From Takakia lepidozioides (Eukaryota; Plantae; Bryophyta), in the NCBI GenBank assembly GCA_030704615.1, contig CM060732.1, forward strand, positions 12,710,001 to 12,774,000: a stretch of 64,000 nt of DNA. The letters are read 5' to 3'. Of this stretch, positions 60,112 to 64,000 are shown in pieces. The notes under the pieces are model-generated. The model had not been told where the DNA came from and did no database searches. It saw nothing but the letters and a program-made list of their open reading frames with translations. The translations under genes were made by a program, and so were the position numbers. Every line of letters begins with the position of its first letter. Position 1 is the stretch's first letter.

Positions 60112-62441
60112 TTACGAGTTGAACACCCTGCAGTTTGTTCGGATTTCTCCATCTGTTCCGGTCTTCACACCAACTTGCGAAAGTTTGGTGAAAGCCAGCT
60201 GCCAATTTTCAAAGAAAGTATCTTGGTTAGCTGCAAATGAGCCAACAACACCGCTGCTTCTGGGATCTGTGAAGAGCACCTCATCTGAAGTCAGAAGCCC
60301 CTTTCCAGCCTGCACCATTGCAAACACTTTCGATTAGTTACATAAACGCATGTAAAATTGGACAGAAGCTAACTTGATGATCTAGAGCACATGACGCTTG
60401 CATAGAAGGTATCCCTAGACATCCTCCATGAGACACAGAGAAGTATCATCTTCCCTGTCAGGTGAAGACGATGACTCAAAGTTGATAATCAGCAAGTTCA
60501 GAAAGTGAACAACAGGGACACTCGTGCAAACACCGAAGTAGGGAGAGTAAGCAAAAATACGACAATATGTTGCCACTGGAAGACAAACCTTGTCGATTTG
60601 ACACGGATTCTAACCTGTAGATCCTGATAGTAGGCGTTGTCGAAGGTGACTGGGGTTGTCGTGTCGAGAGAAACCGTGGCGCCTGAGCTACCGCCCTGTG
60701 GACAAGATTGCAATATATTCTCACCAAATGTGGGATCCATGGTTGGGTCAACTTGGGCCGTGCCGTTGGTGAACTGGAAGCGATTCCCGAATGCACTGCA
60801 ATGGGCGACACCGATTGTGTGCGCACCTGGAAGTGACGAAAATATGAAATTGAGTTTTACACATTCTTTACGAGGCCATTACCAGCTGACAGGTACTCAT
60901 GTACGTCTATTGAGATGGCCCAGAAAACACGGTCGAATTACCCTGCCTCATCTACATGGAATGTCAGTTTAGAAATACACACCGGCAAGGGTGACAAGGT
61001 CATTCACGTCCATTCCTTTCGCAGTGAAGAAGTTGAGCAGCTGGTCCAGGTTGAATGTGGCATCTGGAAGGTTGAGTCGAACCCCAACGGCAGTGGAAAC
61101 AAGGCCATCCCTCCGTCCCGTGGGTAGATTTGCTACATCTGGACCTCCCACCTTGTATAACATAGAAACACACACAAAAACATGAGCAACGGCAATACCA
61201 TACAGATTTTGAAACATGGACTACATAGTTGACAGGAAACGTCGACAAAATGACAATACAGTCCTTGACTTCTCTCCCCTCCTTAATTGTTCCCAAAACT
61301 AAGAGTCACCTGGCAGTCATTATAGGAGCTTGCTTTCATCAATAAGAAACAAGCAGCTAGCAGCTAGAAGATTTTCTAGACGTGACGGGGTTGGCAGCAA
61401 TCCAACTCTGTCTGCAGTGTGGCGAGGTTTCAACCTCATGTAAGGCTTCGGAAAGAGTTCAATCTATAATCCTCATATCTCTGCAGACTCGCCACTCCAT
61501 GAGTCCCCACTCCCTAGTATCGGCTTCACGACTCTTCCTTGATGCGGATTATAACGCCCACTGCCCCGACGATCAGCCAGCTTACCTCTTTGATTATCTA
61601 GCGTCCACCTAGAATTAAGGGATTTGTCACTGCTACCCTTCATGAGGGTGCGAGTTTAAAATGCAAAATGCGTGCAATACTTAGTCCAACTGAGGATGGT
61701 GCCGGATAGCGATGAGATTAAGTGACCTTCAAGGATGCCTACTTGAGTTGCCCATGAAGGGCTGTGTAGGTACCTGAGTAACAGCGTCGCGAGCGGCAAG
61801 CGCTACAATGTCAGCGCAGGAAACAACTCCAGGGCACACGAGCTCAAGACTGCTCTTGATAGTGTCAACCAGCGTGTAGCCTTCGACAGTCAGATTCGCA
61901 GAATCGTCCTTTTCAGCTGTGTTGTTTGCTGTGGAGTCTATTAGAATGGACCCATCACAGCCCTGCAAGATAAAACGGGAGTCACTACTGTATAGCACGG
62001 CATATTAACTTAGCCATGGACCTGTTGAAGAGAGAAAATCTCACAGAAAGGACATACATACAGAGCATACATTGCTTCCTTGAAGCAAAGGGCTCTTTGG
62101 GCAACAACCGCTGGATTACCCACCAGAAAGGAGGTTCCAACAAGTGGAGTGCGTGTCATACGAACAGACCGCGCTAGACAAAACTGGGGATAAGGGAAAA
62201 AGTACTAGAGTACCTCGACGAAGCAATCATGAAAAAAAAGCCGAAGAATCTTGGCTGGGAGAACCGGGTCCACGAAAGAAGCTGTCCGAACGGCCGATGT
62301 AATAATGTTCTCCGCCTGCGAACAAGTTTGCGCATAGAAATTGGCTAACAACTGCCCCGCTGCGATATCGCTACCCACAACCAGTAGGAGAAGGAACCGG
62401 AGGGAATTGAATCTCGATGCATGTCTCTGCCGGTTAGACAT
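60112..62441 (-). CDS. class III secretory peroxidase; exons 62441-62214, 61962-61774, 61151-60983, 60826-60615, 60309-60112
   Basis: [12 protein letters not shown]|[29 protein letters not shown]|[26 protein letters not shown]. Five exons with GT-AG splice sites. Confidence 0.95.
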
Positions 62442-64000
62442 TTTCTCTTCTTCTCGGCCTCCTGCTTAGATATATATCTTGCTCCTTCGATTCGGTTCGA
62501 CGAACGAATCACAATCTATCCCTAATACCTGTTCAATCTACAATTCTTCCTGCTATTCCCTCGTTAACATCTGAAGAAGCTGCAGATCCGAATTGTTCAG
62601 CTGAAGATGATGGAAACCGTCAAGTCTTCAGGAGTTGCTGCTCTTTGATACATGAACTTCTAAACTCCATGAACCTTGTGGGATCAGGAGAGGAAGGAAA
62701 AAGAGAGCCCCAATCTCTATGTAGCGCAGAAGACTCCTGAGCTGAATACACGCCGAGCAGTTGAATCTCTGGCTCAGCAAACGAGACGAGCCAAAGTGTA
62801 GATTGAGCGTACACAATACGAACAGAGAGTACAAATCTCGGGCGACGCTCGAACGATACAGCTTGAGAGATATTTGAATGTGAGAAAGCAAAATAACCGG
62901 AGACGTGAACATGGGGAGGTGGTCAGAATATTCACTGGTTGAAGACTGACAGAACCTGCAACCGGCCGCAGCTCTCCAGAAAAGGGAGGGAAAAGAGACT
63001 TCGTAAAGCGAGATAGCATTCATGGCTTCTAGTTACTACAGTAGCATAGCGGAAGAGACGGCATTAAAGAGCGGGTCGTGGCCAGTGCGGGCACAGTAAA
63101 GAAGCCCGCCAGCCCTTCATAGTTCCGCGTTGTCCTTTCTCTTGTTCTGTCACTACACCCAGCTGTTTCCTCGGAGCCGTCGATGGGAGTACTATGACCT
63201 GACGTGGCGATCTTTGGTCTATTGGATGGGTTGTCGTTACGAATTGCTAACCTCGGGACACAGTTTTTTCATAGGTAGCCAAGCTTGTCATACTTTTCTT
63301 TGTGCAGTTTCAAACATTTGACATTCTTCACAATCCTTTGAAACCCATTTGTTCATTCCATCATGCTTCGACACCCACATCCTAAGTTTTCGATCCTATT
63401 TGAAGTATGTAAGATGAGAGCTCTTCTTACACAGAGACCTCTTGGTTGCGATTTGGAACCACTAAGTATTTCCAATAAGTTCCATAGTTTTTTGAAACCC
63501 ATTATCTCGTAGTTTGTGGAATGCTGCAAAACCCATATTCTTCTCATTATTCCCCGGGAGGGCACACCAATCAGCAGTTATGAAGGTTTGACAGCCAGAC
63601 TGGCAGAGGTAGTATAGAAGATGGCCAAAGGCCATATGTAACCTCTCGACCGAGATCAATCACTCAAGTATACTGTGCCCTCTCTGTCCTTCTGCATTCA
63701 ATGATTACACATGGCCATGGCTGTGCTATAGCTTATTAGAGCGTCGATTTGCGACTCACGGCCCACCATATACAGACCAGCCTACCCACCTGCCCCGGTT
63801 ACCCACCAGCAGGTCTCGGAAAATTGTCAACCTCATTTATTATGTGGAATTTGAGGTGAAGTTTGAAGTCCTGGCTCAAAGGCGCCTTGAAGTGATGTAG
63901 ATTCTTTGGCCTCTCGGCCGATGTATTCATAGCACTTCGTTCATTTATAGTTGCTGAGTTATTGAGTCTACTGTCTGCCAGTTTTGATAACGTGTGCAGT

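Overview
Eukaryotic genomic DNA, most likely a non-seed land plant (inferred from GT-AG introns, class III peroxidases and the TE families present). About 47 kb (6.4-53.5 kb) is one nested, rearranged transposon cluster that can be reconstructed from target-site duplications (TSDs). A Ty1/Copia element (- strand) received two insertions about 220 bp apart in its RT. The first is a ~19-kb DNA transposon with 31-bp TIRs, a Sola1-like DDD transposase, cargo genes (a ParB/Srx-like plus degenerate methyltransferase-like gene and three FCP1/NIF-type HAD domains) and about 14 copies of a 24-bp palindrome. The second is a chromodomain Ty3/Gypsy element (TSD GATAT) with a Tf1-type self-priming signature. 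The chromovirus gag was in turn hit by a second Gypsy element whose polyprotein is Gag-PR-[DNMT3-like C5 methyltransferase]-RT-RH-IN-PHD, with captured GH5 mannanase fragments in its 5' region. Two inversions (~12.0-33.7 kb and ~26.2-31.9 kb), a 5.7-kb inverted duplication and a 588-bp direct duplication scramble the cluster. The flanks hold a MITE-like element, a Crinkler-type REase-kinase pseudogene (3.2-5.3 kb), SINE-like remnants, a 42-bp minisatellite and a convergent pair of intact class III peroxidase genes (56.8-62.4 kb). Family assignments come from motif recognition by eye; no database searches were run.
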